From the NCBI GenBank assembly GCA_013239625.1, contig MU053292.1, positions 17,428 through 52,977 of the forward strand: a stretch of 35,550 bases of DNA. The letters are read 5' to 3'. The translations under genes were made by a program, and so were the position numbers. Each line of letters starts with the position of its first letter. The first letter of the stretch is position 1. The notes beneath the pieces are model-generated. The model was not told the origin of the DNA. It did not search any database and saw nothing but the letters and a program-made list of their open reading frames with translations. The DNA comes from Lama guanicoe (lineage: Eukaryota). Shown here one piece after another: positions 1-11,452 of the stretch.

Positions 1-264
1 TTTTTTGGTTTTTTTGAAATGTTTTTTTTTTTTAACAGATTTTCAAAGAAGGCTTATTTGTTTATTTTTCAGGAGATATGAGAAAAGGCATCATGTCTCC
101 TAGACCCACTTATGACAATTATAACTCTGCCCCTATTGGCCAAGGCCAGATAGCCACTGCCAAGACCCCTCTGGTTTGCTGACTGTCACTTTATAATCAG
201 TGGGGCCTAAGGAGGGTGGCTCATCGGAGCTCTGCCTCTCACAGAATGTAAAACCAAGCTAATT

Positions 265-350
265 ACTCAACTTCTCTCAGCCTCAGTTTTCTTTTGTGAA
301 AGTGGAGGATGATAATCCAAGCCAATGGAGTGTGTGTGAAGATTAAATGC
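265..350 (+). mobile_element. MIR SINE fragment (core)
   Basis: 'aacttctctcagcctcagttttcttttgtgaaagtggaggatgataat...gtgaagattaaatg' matches the MIR core. Confidence 0.75.
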
Positions 351-397
351 AGCAAAATGGTACACAATGTAACACAGTGGTACATAATGTAATACCA

Positions 398-620
398 GAA
401 CGTGGGCTCCGGGGTCAAAGGGACCCGGGGTTGAATGGCTGCCTCACCACTTACCTACAGAGGGGACTTGAGGAAGTTTTTTTAAACTTCTCTGAAGCTC
501 AATTTCCTTACACGTACATAAAATGAGGATAAAATTAATTTCATAATATGACTGTGAGAGCTAAATAAGATAGTCTACCTTAGCATGCAAACTAGCACAT
601 GGGAAATACCCAATAAATCT
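398..620 (+). mobile_element. MIR SINE
   Basis: 'tgggctccggggtcaaag...aacttctctgaagctcaatttcctt...taaaatgaggataa...caataaat' follows the MIR consensus order. Confidence 0.75.
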
Positions 621-845
621 CTTGCTACCAAATGTCACTTCCCTTTTCCTTTTCTTTTCCATCTTGTTGATTGCAGAGCTTTAAGTGAAGCACAGAGCAT
701 GACTTCACTAAGAAAAGGTGGTGTCATCGTCACTAATGCTTTATTCTTTGGAGTTTCGCAGTCTGTTTAGCATTTGTTGTGTTGTTTGATCCTCAACCCC
801 CATCGCAGCCATAAAATCTCATGATTCTTTGCCAGGATTTACCAC

Positions 846-1337
846 CACAGGGAGACAGTTCCCTCCAGCACTCTCACGTCTCTGCACATCTCATGAGCAG
901 AGGCACTCATGGCCATTTGCTGGACTGTCTTACTAAGGATATTTCTATAAGGAGTGCCAACCTCTAGAACAAAGAGCAAATCTGCTTGTTGTCCAGTAAA
1001 ATAAAGATTATGTCTCCTTCCAGGACAAAAGACAGGTTTGTGTCAGCCCATTATAAGGAATTTGCGCTTTCTAAGCTTGGAGGTGCTCAGTTGTGGTGAG
1101 AACTCACTGTGTGCAAAGCGTCCACCTGGGCCACTCTGGGCACTCCCATGGGATCTGGGGCAAGGGAAACCAATGCAAACATGAAACTCAAACTGTTGGC
1201 TATGCCATGAGTAAGAAAGTCCTTTGTCCCTGGCCCAGGAGTCTCATGTCCTCTGCCAGCATCCATCAAATGTTAGCAGACTAACTTGTTAGCTTCCATG
1301 TAGGGTGATCTCTTAAGACCCTTCTTATTTTTTGACA
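846..1337 (+). mobile_element. LTR40-type solo LTR (ERVL class)
   Basis: Colinear with recalled LTR40 consensus: 'gggagacagtt...ctgcacatctcatgagcagaggcact', 'tgtccagtaaaataaagattatgtctcc', 'agtcctttgtccctggcccaggagtctcatgtcctctgccagcatccat', ending 'ttgaca' at 1337. Confidence 0.85.
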
Positions 1338-1519
1338 GCCATACGGTACATGGAATGCCATTCATCCACTAGAAAGCAAGGATATTCTCAAAACTTCATC
1401 TCCTCTACCTTTTTATACAATTCAACACCAAGTCTTATCAATTTTCCATGTAAATACAGGACTTTTAAAAATTCCGGTCTATTTTCTCCTGTCTTTTTTG
1501 TCCCGTTCACTCATACCAG

Positions 1520-1860
1520 TTCCGCAAACTCCAGTTCAAGTTTCCCTTCCCCAGAAAAAGCTAATTATCCCTGATTCCACAGCTCTCTAAAATTTATATG
1601 CCTTCTATTATATGTCCGACCCCCCTTCTTCATAGCATCTGTCACAATTGATAGTTTACCTTTATTTTAAATCACTTGTATTATTTTATATTTATTCACA
1701 TTATTTGATAATGTCTGAATTGCTTCTTCCCACCCTGCACTGTAAGCTCCATGGAGAGAAGGACCACGCATGCCTGTTTTCCACTTGCTATACTTAATAC
1801 CCGGTACACTTATTACCCAGCTCACTGTTCGATAAATATGGACTGAATGCTGAACGAATA
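1520..1860 (+). mobile_element. L2 LINE 3' end
   Basis: 'cactgtaagctccatggagagaaggacca...gataaatatggactgaatgctgaacgaat' is the L2 3' terminus with a decayed (GAAT)n tail. Confidence 0.75.
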
Positions 1861-1874
1861 GACAGGGTAGAAAG

Positions 1875-1990
1875 TGTTAGCCCAGTTTTATAGATGAGAA
1901 AATTGAGGCTCAGAGATGATAAGTGAGTTCCTGAGGGTCACACAGCTACCAAGGGCAGCACCAGGTCCAACGTTCAGGTTTACTAAAAGT
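1875..1990 (-). mobile_element. MIR SINE fragment
   Basis: 'cccagttttatagatgagaaaattgaggctcagagatgataagtgagttcctgagggtcacacagcta' is the reverse MIR core. Confidence 0.85.
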
Positions 1991-2314
1991 GCAAGTTTCT
2001 TTCCATTAAGGATGTTCCTGTAAATCCAGAACAAACTTGAAAGGTCTGCACAAGAGGACCAGTATACAGGAGAAGCTGAAGGGTGGTTTATTCTAGGAAG
2101 GCTGTTGGAAGTGAAAGTAAAACAGATGAGAAGGAAGGACCACAGAACCAGATGATACATCCAAATGGAAGGTAGCAGAAGAACTGGGTAGGAGGATTAA
2201 AAAGTGGGCTTGAATGAGGTTTAGGGACTATAGACCTGACCCTCAAAGTCTGGTGTCTGGACATATGTTTTCAAAACATAGGTATCTCCTTAGGGAAATG
2301 AAACTTACTTACAA

Positions 2315-2445
2315 TAAAAGTCACGATAGCTGTCATTTATTATGTGCCGATGTGTGTTAAGTATTGTGCTAGATGCTTTATGTACATTATTTTTAGTTGG
2401 TCCTCCAGACAGTCCACTGACAAAGATGGTAACATTAGAATCCTG
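2315..2445 (-). mobile_element. MIR SINE 3' fragment
   Basis: 'atagctgtcatttattatgtgcc...tgtgctagatgctttatgtacattatttt...tcctc'. Confidence 0.6.
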
Positions 2446-4227
2446 GTTTGTCCTTTCTCTTTCTATGTGTTTCCAACATTCTAGTTACTAAGTATGTGAA
2501 AACCTTCTCGCCTCTTGTTTCTCCTCATTTTGTCCACTCCTCTCTTTGTCTCCTGGTCCCTACCCTACTGTCATTTTCACAGCCAGGTGCTCAGGGCCTT
2601 ACGATACCCACCATGAAATTCTACCAAGTCTTCCTACCTTTTCCCAGCCTCATTCTATTAAAATGATTTCTGCTAAAGTTTAAGTGACTAGTGGATTCTT
2701 ATCTCTCCCAAGGACCACTTTATTATAATAGAGTACTCTTCAAGAAATATTTAAGGTATTTTTCTAACCCAGTAAATGAGCCTCTAATGATACAATTTCA
2801 AGCAGAGATGAAAGGTATTTTTGAAAGTTGTAAGGATTTACTAGACATTTGAAATTACACCCACACCTGGACCTCTATTAATTCAATCGACTGGAAGATT
2901 TACCCCTTCTTGGCCAGTTTTCTTTCTCCCCCACAGCACACACTTTTGTGTTAAGATTCTATGACTGCATATGGGCAGATATGAGCAATTTTCTTCATCT
3001 ACAGACAGCAGTTCTCCTCACTGTCAATGACATCTCCCTCTACCCATGGGATCCCTGGGAACTGAGAAAGCTGAGCTGTTCCCAGGACGTGGCGACCCAG
3101 GGCAGTTGTTCTGTCTCTATGCTCTACTGTGGAATGACCGGGAGGAACTAGGGGAGAGGTGGTTGGGGGACACTAACTTTTTGAATGCATATTATTTATG
3201 TAGCTTAACAACAATTAGAAGTCTCCTGAGAGTAATTAGTTGATTTATAGTTCATTGAAAATGCAGTTGGAATTGTCATGTGGCATGGGAAGTTTTCCCC
3301 CAGCTATAGCTAAGCTCTCAGGAGCTCTATATAGAATTTAGAGATGTTTCCAGGACCTTTTTCCTTCAATAGAAGAAATCTTCTCACTCTAACTTGGGCT
3401 GGGATTCCTAGCTAACCCATCGCTCCTGGATTGCGCCTCTTGGCCTAAGTCCTTTGTGTTGATACTTTGGTTGAACTGCCTACTTAGCTTTTGAGTTGAA
3501 TTTTATTCATCGTTGTTGTCTCTTGGATCTTTATTTCTATTCTCTATAGACCTGAAGATTGGGCTCACTTTACCCTCTGCCCCGTGTAGGCTTCCGGGAT
3601 TCCAGTGTCCTGGATCTCACTTGTCTGAGGGAAGGATGTTGTCAGGACTCTGCTGAATGTCTCATTTTGCTCTCACAATACAATAAGAATTACTTAGCCA
3701 AGTGATTCCAACAAAAATTACAATGAGAGTGCTGTTGAAGTCATTATCATACTGGGTAATTCTTTCTCAGTCTTTCTTTCTAGATAAAAGGAAAGTCAGA
3801 ACTCATGTCTCAGAACCTGGGTTAACTATGGGGATGGGGTGGGACAGGCCCTCTGAGCTGCTGGCATAAAGTTGAACACTATGTGACAGGGTGTTCAGCT
3901 GCTATCAAAATAAAAAGTCAAGCTGTTGGAAGGACCAAGATGAAAGTTAACATAGCTGGGCCAAGAGGAAGAATCCAGGTACTGAACAATGGAATCTGAG
4001 AATACCTTATCAGAGGAGGAGGAGACTGGATACCAACTTTTTGATTCTCTGCTGGAGGGAATCTCCAAGTGCTTTTTGTAGGATGCCTGTAGCCTCAGTT
4101 ATGCATGCACAGAGTTAGTAAGGTGGCCAAATTGGTACAAATAGGTATGTGATTGCGATATCCATGCATTGTGGTTTTTAAGCTCTGGATTTCATTAGAA
4201 AAGATCTTATTGGGTACCTATCATGAC

Positions 4228-4765
4228 TGTATCAGTTCACAACTGCTGTATAATAAACCACCTCAGTTCCAAGTGGTTTAAAACAATTTATTTCATAAAT
4301 GTACAAGTAACATTTATCATTATAGCTAATGCTTCTTGGGGTTGCCTAATACAGGCTGGGCTTATCCAAGTGACTCTGTTCATCCTGGCTGGACTTACTC
4401 ATGTCTCCGGGTTGGCTGTGGCAGGGGAGTGGTAGTGGCTTCTGCTCTAGGGCAACTCCACTCCATATGTCTCTTATCCCCCTCCTGAGACTAGCAACTT
4501 AGCCCAGCATTTTCTCACAGTGATGGCAAATGAGCAAGAGCCAAGCAGGAAGATACAAGGTCTCCTGAGGCCTAAGCTGAGAGCCAGCACACGTCACAAT
4601 CTGCCTTATATTATTGGCCAAAGCATATCATATGGCCACACCCAGGACAAGAGGAAAGGGAGTATGTCCTGCTCACAGCAGCAGAGCACTATAAAGATAT
4701 ATAGTGAAGAATGTGGATTCAGGAAAGGTGGAAGAATTGGGGGCAGTAACACAACCTATACAACA
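4228..4765 (-). mobile_element. MLT1 (MLT1G/H-like) ERVL-MaLR solo LTR
   Basis: Begins 'tgtatcagtt...tgctgtataataaaccacctc...agtggtttaaaacaa'; contains 'ctggctggacttactcatgtctc' and 'tattattggccaaagcatatcatatggcca'; ends '...acaaca'. Confidence 0.8.
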
Positions 4766-4950
4766 TGCTAGGCACTCACCTAAGAGCTTCAGGCTCTTAG
4801 ATGCTTGATCATGGGTAGGAATTATCACCTTGATTCTGCAGATGACTCAAAATGTTTATATCTGTCTCTAACGATAACACAATCATTAAGTGGCAAATCA
4901 TGTATTTCAACCTATGTCCATCTGGTTTCAAATCTAAAATATTTCCACCA
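4766..4950 (-). mobile_element. MIR SINE
   Basis: 'tgctaggcact...gtaggaattatcaccttgattctgcagatga...agtggcaaatcatgtatttcaacctatgtccatctggtttcaaatc'. Confidence 0.6.
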
Positions 4951-5894
4951 TTAGATCAGAATTCAACAACTATCCTGCATTCCAGTTACTTTTTATAGAG
5001 AATACACATACAAACACATATGTTATGTTTGACACTTTAACAACTCAATAAGTAAGGTTAAAATTAATGTGAAAATTAAAACAAGCCTCATTTCAGTGCA
5101 TGTTCTTCCCATTTGCTAGCAATCTCCATGGATCTATTCAGTATTTTCTGTAATTTATTCTTTACCCTTATAAAGTTCTAGAAAGTTAATAACTTTCCTG
5201 ATGATAATTTCTCTTGTCATTTATACATATACATACAGAGTTGGTATTCAATATGTTGTAACATGGAGCTCATTAGTAAGGCAATTCTTTCACAGCATAA
5301 AAAACATTCTATGACTTAAAAGAAAATTTTCTAGCACCCTAGCCTTAAGTACACCAATTAGCTATCAAGATGTCCCTTTAAAACATTTTCAGAAGTTTCA
5401 TTTAAAATCCTTCTGCTACGGCCAAACCGGTGGAATCTGTAATGACTAGAGTGGACTTAGAGAATGATGCCCTGAACCATCATGTTCAAAAGGGTTATTC
5501 CTTTAGACAAATGAGATTTCTCTATGCAAAATCAAACAATGTAAAAGTTCTCATGATAATGTCCCAATATCATGGTGGGAAAGGGGCTTTGCTAGTTGTC
5601 TATTACTTCGCAGACATCTGAGAAGTAAGATGATGACTCTCAACAGCCACTCTCTGACCAAGTCAAGAAACAACAAAGCATCTCTGCTGAGTAAGCTCCT
5701 GGCCATCTGTGACTTCTTCCCAAGGTGGGACTCAGGCTCATCCACGAGGTACAACAAGTCTCATCTCTATTCTCTCTACTTACCTTGTGTTAAAGCCTGA
5801 GACCAGGGCAAATCCAGTCTCACTTGTGAACTTGGCTGAATTATCTATACAAAGACAGGCTATGGGATGACTTACGGAAAAGGTTATACAGGGT

Positions 5895-6200
5895 AGGGGA
5901 TGGTAAACAGAACTAGGAGTCAAGAAACTGGGATTCTGATTCTGGTTTAACTACTAACTAGCAGGGAAACCCCTTTTTAAGTCTTAGTTTTCTCAGATGT
6001 CAGATTAGAGAATAAGAAACTTAACACTTTAGAACTGGGCAGTCCTGAGTTCCAGTTCCACATCAACACAAAGAGTTCGGGGCTCTTGGGCATATTACTT
6101 AATCTTCCTGAGTCTGTTTACTTGTTTATTTAATAGATAATAATCCCCACTTTCCTTTCTCCAGAGAGCTGAGAAGAGTTGGTGTTCAATAACTGTAAAT
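5895..6200 (+). mobile_element. Two adjacent degraded MIR fragments
   Basis: 'actaggagtcaagaaactgggattctgattctggtttaactactaactagc...gtcttagttttctcagatgt' and 'cctgagttccagttccac...cttgggcatattacttaatcttcctgagtctgttt'. Confidence 0.6.
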
Positions 6201-7109
6201 TTGCACTTTGATTGTTCTGAACCATAGTGTTCTGTAATTCCAAAAACTAGACTATTGGATAATTTAAATAATTCTCTTAATCTGTAACACATTTCCTCCT
6301 AACAAGTTACTAGCAATAGTATCTAACAGCACAGCTCTTTTTAAGACTTTTTCCTACTGGACTCTATCAAATTGGTAAGACTTACATTCTTGTTGTGGAA
6401 TTCCTCATGGAAATAGTCTCAAACCAATCAAGGAAGATAACCTTGGAATTTTTTTCTGTCCTTGGCTCTATCTACAGGTTCTTCACATGCTTACATCTCA
6501 CAATATTGTGTAAGATCAAAGTAGGTTTCACAGTAGTGTAACTAAGAGCCATGCTGACCCACAAGGCTTTGGTCAGTCTCATCTACTGGTATCTCGTCTG
6601 AAAAATAAGCAGGAAAGACCACATTTGGAAAAGAAAGCCTAATATTTACTTTTCCCTTAATTATTACATCTCATAAAAGCTTTAGAGGAAAGGATTATTC
6701 TTTGACAAAAACTTTAATTTTGAAAAATAAAATACATTTGGATCTACAAGGGCTTTGGTTTGTGCCTAACTTGTCTTCTGCCAGTTGGGATCCCAGTGGT
6801 TTGGAGAGTTACTGCAGAAAGGCACAAAAGCAACAGAAAGTAAATATGTCGACTGGTGGCTGCATAAATCAGTTAATTTCAACATTGTGCAGCTTCCTTT
6901 GGGGTAACCAATCCAAAGGGAGATACTGATCAGTGGTCTGCAATACGTGGCAAACTACAGATAGCATTTACGTGGAGATTTTACATATGTTGTCTCATTT
7001 GACTCTTCCATCTACAGAGCAGTGATGGCGAAAGAAGAAATGAATGTGTATTTGATTCTTATAACTCAGTACTTGTCAGGTATGTATTACTGTTGTTAAT
7101 GTTGCTAAC

Positions 7110-7292
7110 AATTAATAATGATAATATTAATATTTACTGAGACCCTTGTTGCAGGCCAGGTACCACACTAAGATCTTTATTTCCATGATCACATTTAGTC
7201 TTCCATGATGCTATCATTCTCATTTAGAGATGAAGATCTCCAAGGTCACTCAGCTAATAAATTTATAAAACCAGTGCTGTCTAACACCAAAG
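7110..7292 (-). mobile_element. MIR SINE (internally deleted)
   Basis: 'aatatttactgagaccct...gccaggtacc...cattttagagatgaag...ccaaggtcactcagctaataa...gtctaacaccaaag'. Confidence 0.7.
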
Positions 7293-8499
7293 AGAGAGGG
7301 ATTTATTGAGGAAAATATTGAGGATCAGGGAAACCCTAATATTATACAGAGAGTAAATACTGAAGGTAAAAATTGGGCCTTTTAATGTCAACACCATTGC
7401 TCATTTCAATATACCAAAGCTTGACTTACTTTACCCTGGCAGGGTACACTGAAATGCTTTTGCTGGCAAAAGGAGCAATTAATGTGGGGAGTGAATATGT
7501 AGGCAGGTATCATGCAGTCAAAAATGCTCAGGTTGATTTTCAGGGTAATTTCATGCTTCCATGAGAAACATGACTTAGGAATATATGTACACCATAATTT
7601 CTCCTATCCCATGAAACCATCCTTAAGTGATACGGAAAAAGAGGCATACACAAGGTTGAATCATATGAAACTGCCAATTTCCAACCATTTTTAACCTATA
7701 AAAATAGCAGCTTTATGCAGTTCAAATCTTAAAAAGCAAACACTTGAACACCTCTGGTAATTCAACTTGCTCCTAAAATCCACTAAAACAAAGCAAATAG
7801 ATTGTTTTAAAAGATATAAACCTAAAAGGAAGGGAAAACAGAAGCAGAAACAATCATTACAAAACTTTAAAGGTAGAAGAGCAGGCAGATGAGTGATAAC
7901 TAATCTAGCAGTTGTGATACAACTGTAAGATGAAGTGAGGAAATCTGACAACCAATCAAAGTTGTACTGCAGGATCTTTAAAAGGCTCAGCAACTGTAAG
8001 CAAAATAATTTCTAGAAGTAGGAGTGCAGAGGTGGAAAGGTAAAATCAAACAATTGTCAAAGGTACTTTTTTGTAGGAGTTCCCTTTCCTTATTTCTCAT
8101 TCCTGGGTGACTATCCCTTCCCCATCTCATCAAAAGTTTGGAGGTTTACTCTCTAGAGAAGATTTTTCAAAAGGCATGGATGGAGTAGACAGTCATGGTG
8201 GATGGCATTGAGTACTTAATGACATAACCAGTGGTGAGAACATCCAAGCTTATTCTGTGTTTCAATTTAGAATGTAGGCAGCCAGATTTTGCAGACAAGG
8301 TATTGTAACAGTACTCCCTGGAGTATGTAAGCAGCCCAAGGGAAGAAACATTAAAGTAATCACATGAGAGGTCTCCCTAAATAGCTTGCCCAGAAAATGC
8401 TACTCTGGGTTTCCAATTTAATCAACTACTCACTTGTGCATAATCATGAAAAAATAACGACTGCCTAACATACAGCCTCTAACACACAAGATAAAGGCC

Positions 8500-8560
8500 A
8501 AAAACAAAACAAAAATAAAAACAAACAAACAAAAAACCAAAACAAAACCCAAACAGAACA
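8500..8560 (+). repeat. Imperfect (AAAAC)n A-rich simple repeat
   Basis: 'aaaaacaaaacaaaaataaaaacaaacaaacaaaaaaccaaaacaaaacccaaac'. Confidence 0.85.
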
Positions 8561-8705
8561 ATGCAAATGAAAGGTGACAGATTATACAGGGAGACTAGAA
8601 CAACAAATGTATCATCAATCAACATTATCCTCAGAAATAAGAAATGACATCCATGAAAGTAGAACAGAATGCTATGAAAAAGGAACAGTTAGAACAAACA
8701 CACCC

Positions 8706-8761
8706 ATATACCACATACTCTTTTTTTTTTTTCTTTCATTTCGTATATACCACATACTCTT
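8706..8761 (-). mobile_element. 22-nt poly(A)-rich retro-insertion flanked by a perfect 17-bp target-site duplication
   Basis: 'atataccacatactctt' at 8706-8722 and 8745-8761 flanks T10+'ctttcatttcgt' (8723-8744). Confidence 0.75.
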
Positions 8762-9064
8762 ATGGAACTCAAAAAGCATGACAGCAGAAATGAAAAAGTC
8801 TCAGTAAAAGCATTTTTGAAAAGATTTTTAAAAGAGAATCAAACAACTTGTTTCAACATGCAAAAAACAGTCACTCTAGAGAGAACAGAATAAATGTAGG
8901 AAATGAAATAATCAAAAATATGATTCAATAATACTTCTTATAATTGAAGGACACAAATTTTCAGATTAAAAGGGCCCTTTGAAGGCACAGTGGGAGAAAA
9001 TGTGCATTCATCAATGGACTCTATTGTGACATTTCAGGGAAACTGGCTCAAAGAAAAGATCTTT

Positions 9065-9350
9065 TGTATCCTTGTTTTTACAAAGACAGACTGACAGACA
9101 TAGAAAACAAACATACGTTACCAGGGGGGAAGAGGGCAGGGAGGGATAAATTAGGAGTTTGGGATTTGCAGATTCTAACTACTATATATAAAATAGATAA
9201 ACAACAATATCCTATTGAATAGCACAGGAAACTATATTCAATAGCTGTAATGGCCTATAATGAAAAAGAATATGGAAAAGAATATTAAAACAACATTGTA
9301 AATCAACTATTCTTCAATTAAAAATTAAATTAAATTAAATTAAATTAAAA
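9065..9350 (+). mobile_element. Young cetartiodactyl (camelid-type) L1 3' end with (TTAAA)n tail, inserted in HAL1
   Basis: 'acagacatagaaaacaaac...gggagggataaattaggagtttgggatttgcagattctaactactatatataaaatagataaacaacaa...agcacaggaaactatattcaata...acaacattgtaaatcaactat' followed by (TTAAA)n. Confidence 0.85.
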
Positions 9351-10527
9351 GGTTGGGGGAAAAACATCCTACAAGCTGACGGTGAGAATGAACATGTACA
9401 CAGAAAAAAGAAATCAGAATAACTTTAGATTTCTAAACAGCATCACAAAGAACTCGAGGGCAGGAAATCTAACCCAGGAGAAAAATCTATGCAAATTTCT
9501 AGCATGGCACTGTTGCACTGGTCTAGACAGCACTTGGCTGAGAAAGGAGGAGGATAAAGGCTTTCCAGATGGATGTGCCCAAAAAAAGATGAACAAGATA
9601 AACTTCTTAATGTGGTTGACTATGTAGAAAATTGAACTGAAAATCTTTGGGAAAATGTGGAGGAAACCAGCAATACAAACAAAAATGACTAATAACAGGA
9701 AAATGCCTCCCCCCAGTCTACTTCAGGAAGGACAAAAGACAAGGAAGAAAGCAAATGCAGTGGTACCCTACAATACAAAGCCAGAAATATCTGCATAGGA
9801 ATACTGTGGCAATAACTGAATTTCGATTTAGTCAAATATAATGGGGAAGGAGAGGCAGAAAAGGAGCTAAATCCTCATGCATTATAAGAGAAAGTCCGAA
9901 AAATAGTACTTAAAATTCATTAATACAAAGAGAACTATAATATATGCCTATTATTTAGAAATGTGTATGCTTAAATCCCAGAAGAAAAAATCCAAAGTAG
10001 TTGCTTCTAAAGAGAGAGACTGGAAAGAGTGTGGAGTGATGGGGCAGGGAATTACTTAGAAATTGTTACAAATAAGCCTTTTAGAACTATTTGACTTTTA
10101 ATGTCATATATTGCTTTGATAAAATAAATATTAATTAAGAAAAAGTCCAAGTTCATTGAGCATGATGATACAATCCCTTTGAAAACAATTCGTTCCTGAT
10201 TTTCACACAGGCCTTTTCATCATTACCAACACTTATAAAATGCACAAAATCTGCAGAGCAGTGCCTTAAGTACTGTTGCTAGGGTCGCAATAATGCATTT
10301 TTTTAAATAAATTCATCTGAAGAAGTTCAAAGCTTTGTCCTTCTAAGAGGAGTTGAAAAAGAAGGGTCCACACTTCATTGTGTATTAACCAGATTTGTAA
10401 ACTCACGAAGCACGCAGGCTAGAAAACATCACATTTGAGATAGCAAATTTTGGTAAAATGAATATTAATTATTAGGAGATAACTTTAAGAAAAAAGAAAA
10501 AGTTATACTCTGCTGAGCTTTAAATTT

Positions 10528-11452
10528 TCATTACTTCCTAAAGTGACGTTCTTTGTATCCGTGGGTCTTTGTTGACAAATCATTTCACGTCCTGTGGGCG
10601 GGTCTTGGCACGTTCTCTCTTGTGCTTGCAGGGAGAGCAATAATCTTGGCAGGAAGCTCTGATTGTACTAGCTTTACTTCTCTTAGCTCTGAGTGGATGT
10701 CCCTCCAAGGGCCCTTGCTCTGGGCCAAATGTGTATGGGTGAAGTATGACATAATTCTTATTTTTGCCTCTGATCACTTAGAAGAGCCTGTCTTTGTCCT
10801 TCAGTTTCCATTCTGATGGGTCACTTTCTGATGGTCTGTCTTTAAAGACTGCTGTTGGGAAACACTCTCTTCACATAAATATCATTCCTTTGGCTTGAAC
10901 TCTCCCCCGCAGCCTCCTGTTGTCACGTCCTTCACCACTGGCCGTGCTGGGCTTGGTTCTCCTTGGTCCGTTTGCTTCAACTCCTCTTTCTTTTTCCCAG
11001 GTCTCTCATTCTCTTGCATTATGTCAAATGTCTGCACATTCTGTGGGGTTTGGGTTGGGCATGCAAAGGCTTCATTGCCAATTCTTTACCTTGATGAAAC
11101 CCATGGATGCCCTGGGTTCTGTTAACACATTTACCAGTTAGTTATTGCTGCGAGCGCCATTTGTAATTACTATTTTTCCTATTATCTGTCAAAGGAGCTA
11201 GTATCCAGTGATTCTGCTGTCTTTAGGGAGACTCTGCCATTGTTGGTGTCTTCTCTGTGTCCTTGTGGGCTTTCCAGTCCTCTGCGGAGTGTAGTAGGAG
11301 TTTGTTTTAAGATAGACTCCCTCCTACTTCCCTCAAATTCACACACTGGTTTTGAGGCTTAGATTCTGAGTTCTGGTTGGTGTATTTTTCATTTCCAGTG
11401 TCTCCATTTGGGTTTTTTGTGGTGGATCTACTCTCTAAGACTCTGCTCAGCT
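10528..11452 (-). pseudogene. Putative decayed large coding exon (hydrophilic, disordered-like product; gene unidentified)
   Basis: Minus-strand pyrimidine tract plus AG ('tttccagttttcctctcctgatgccag|'). Translates as a ~305-codon mosaic frame needing ~3 frameshifts. 11085-10534 runs 184 codons interrupted only by four TGA and ends ...GYKERHFRK TAA TGA. No repeat family recognised. Confidence 0.45.

Larger units (their letters stand above)
7710..10140 (+). mobile_element. HAL1 (half-L1)-like element, near full length and highly decayed, with younger insertions
   Basis: L1M-type 5' region, A-rich ORF1-like remnants (~8430-9630), then directly a HAL1-type 3' end 'aaagtagttgcttct...ggggcagggaattact...aagcctttt...aactatttgactttta...gctttgataaaataaa' with no ORF2. 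Confidence 0.65.

Noticed and set aside
1..185. Poly-T plus 'tttttcag|gag' acceptor with a short frame DMRKGIMSPRPTYDNYNSAPIGQGQIATAKTPLVC*
   Set aside because: Truncated at the window edge, peptide unrecognised, and may be the tail of an old repeat.
5551..5780. Exon-like unique patch after 'ttcgcag|'
   Set aside because: Weak pyrimidine tract, stops in two of three plus frames and no recognisable product in the remaining frames.
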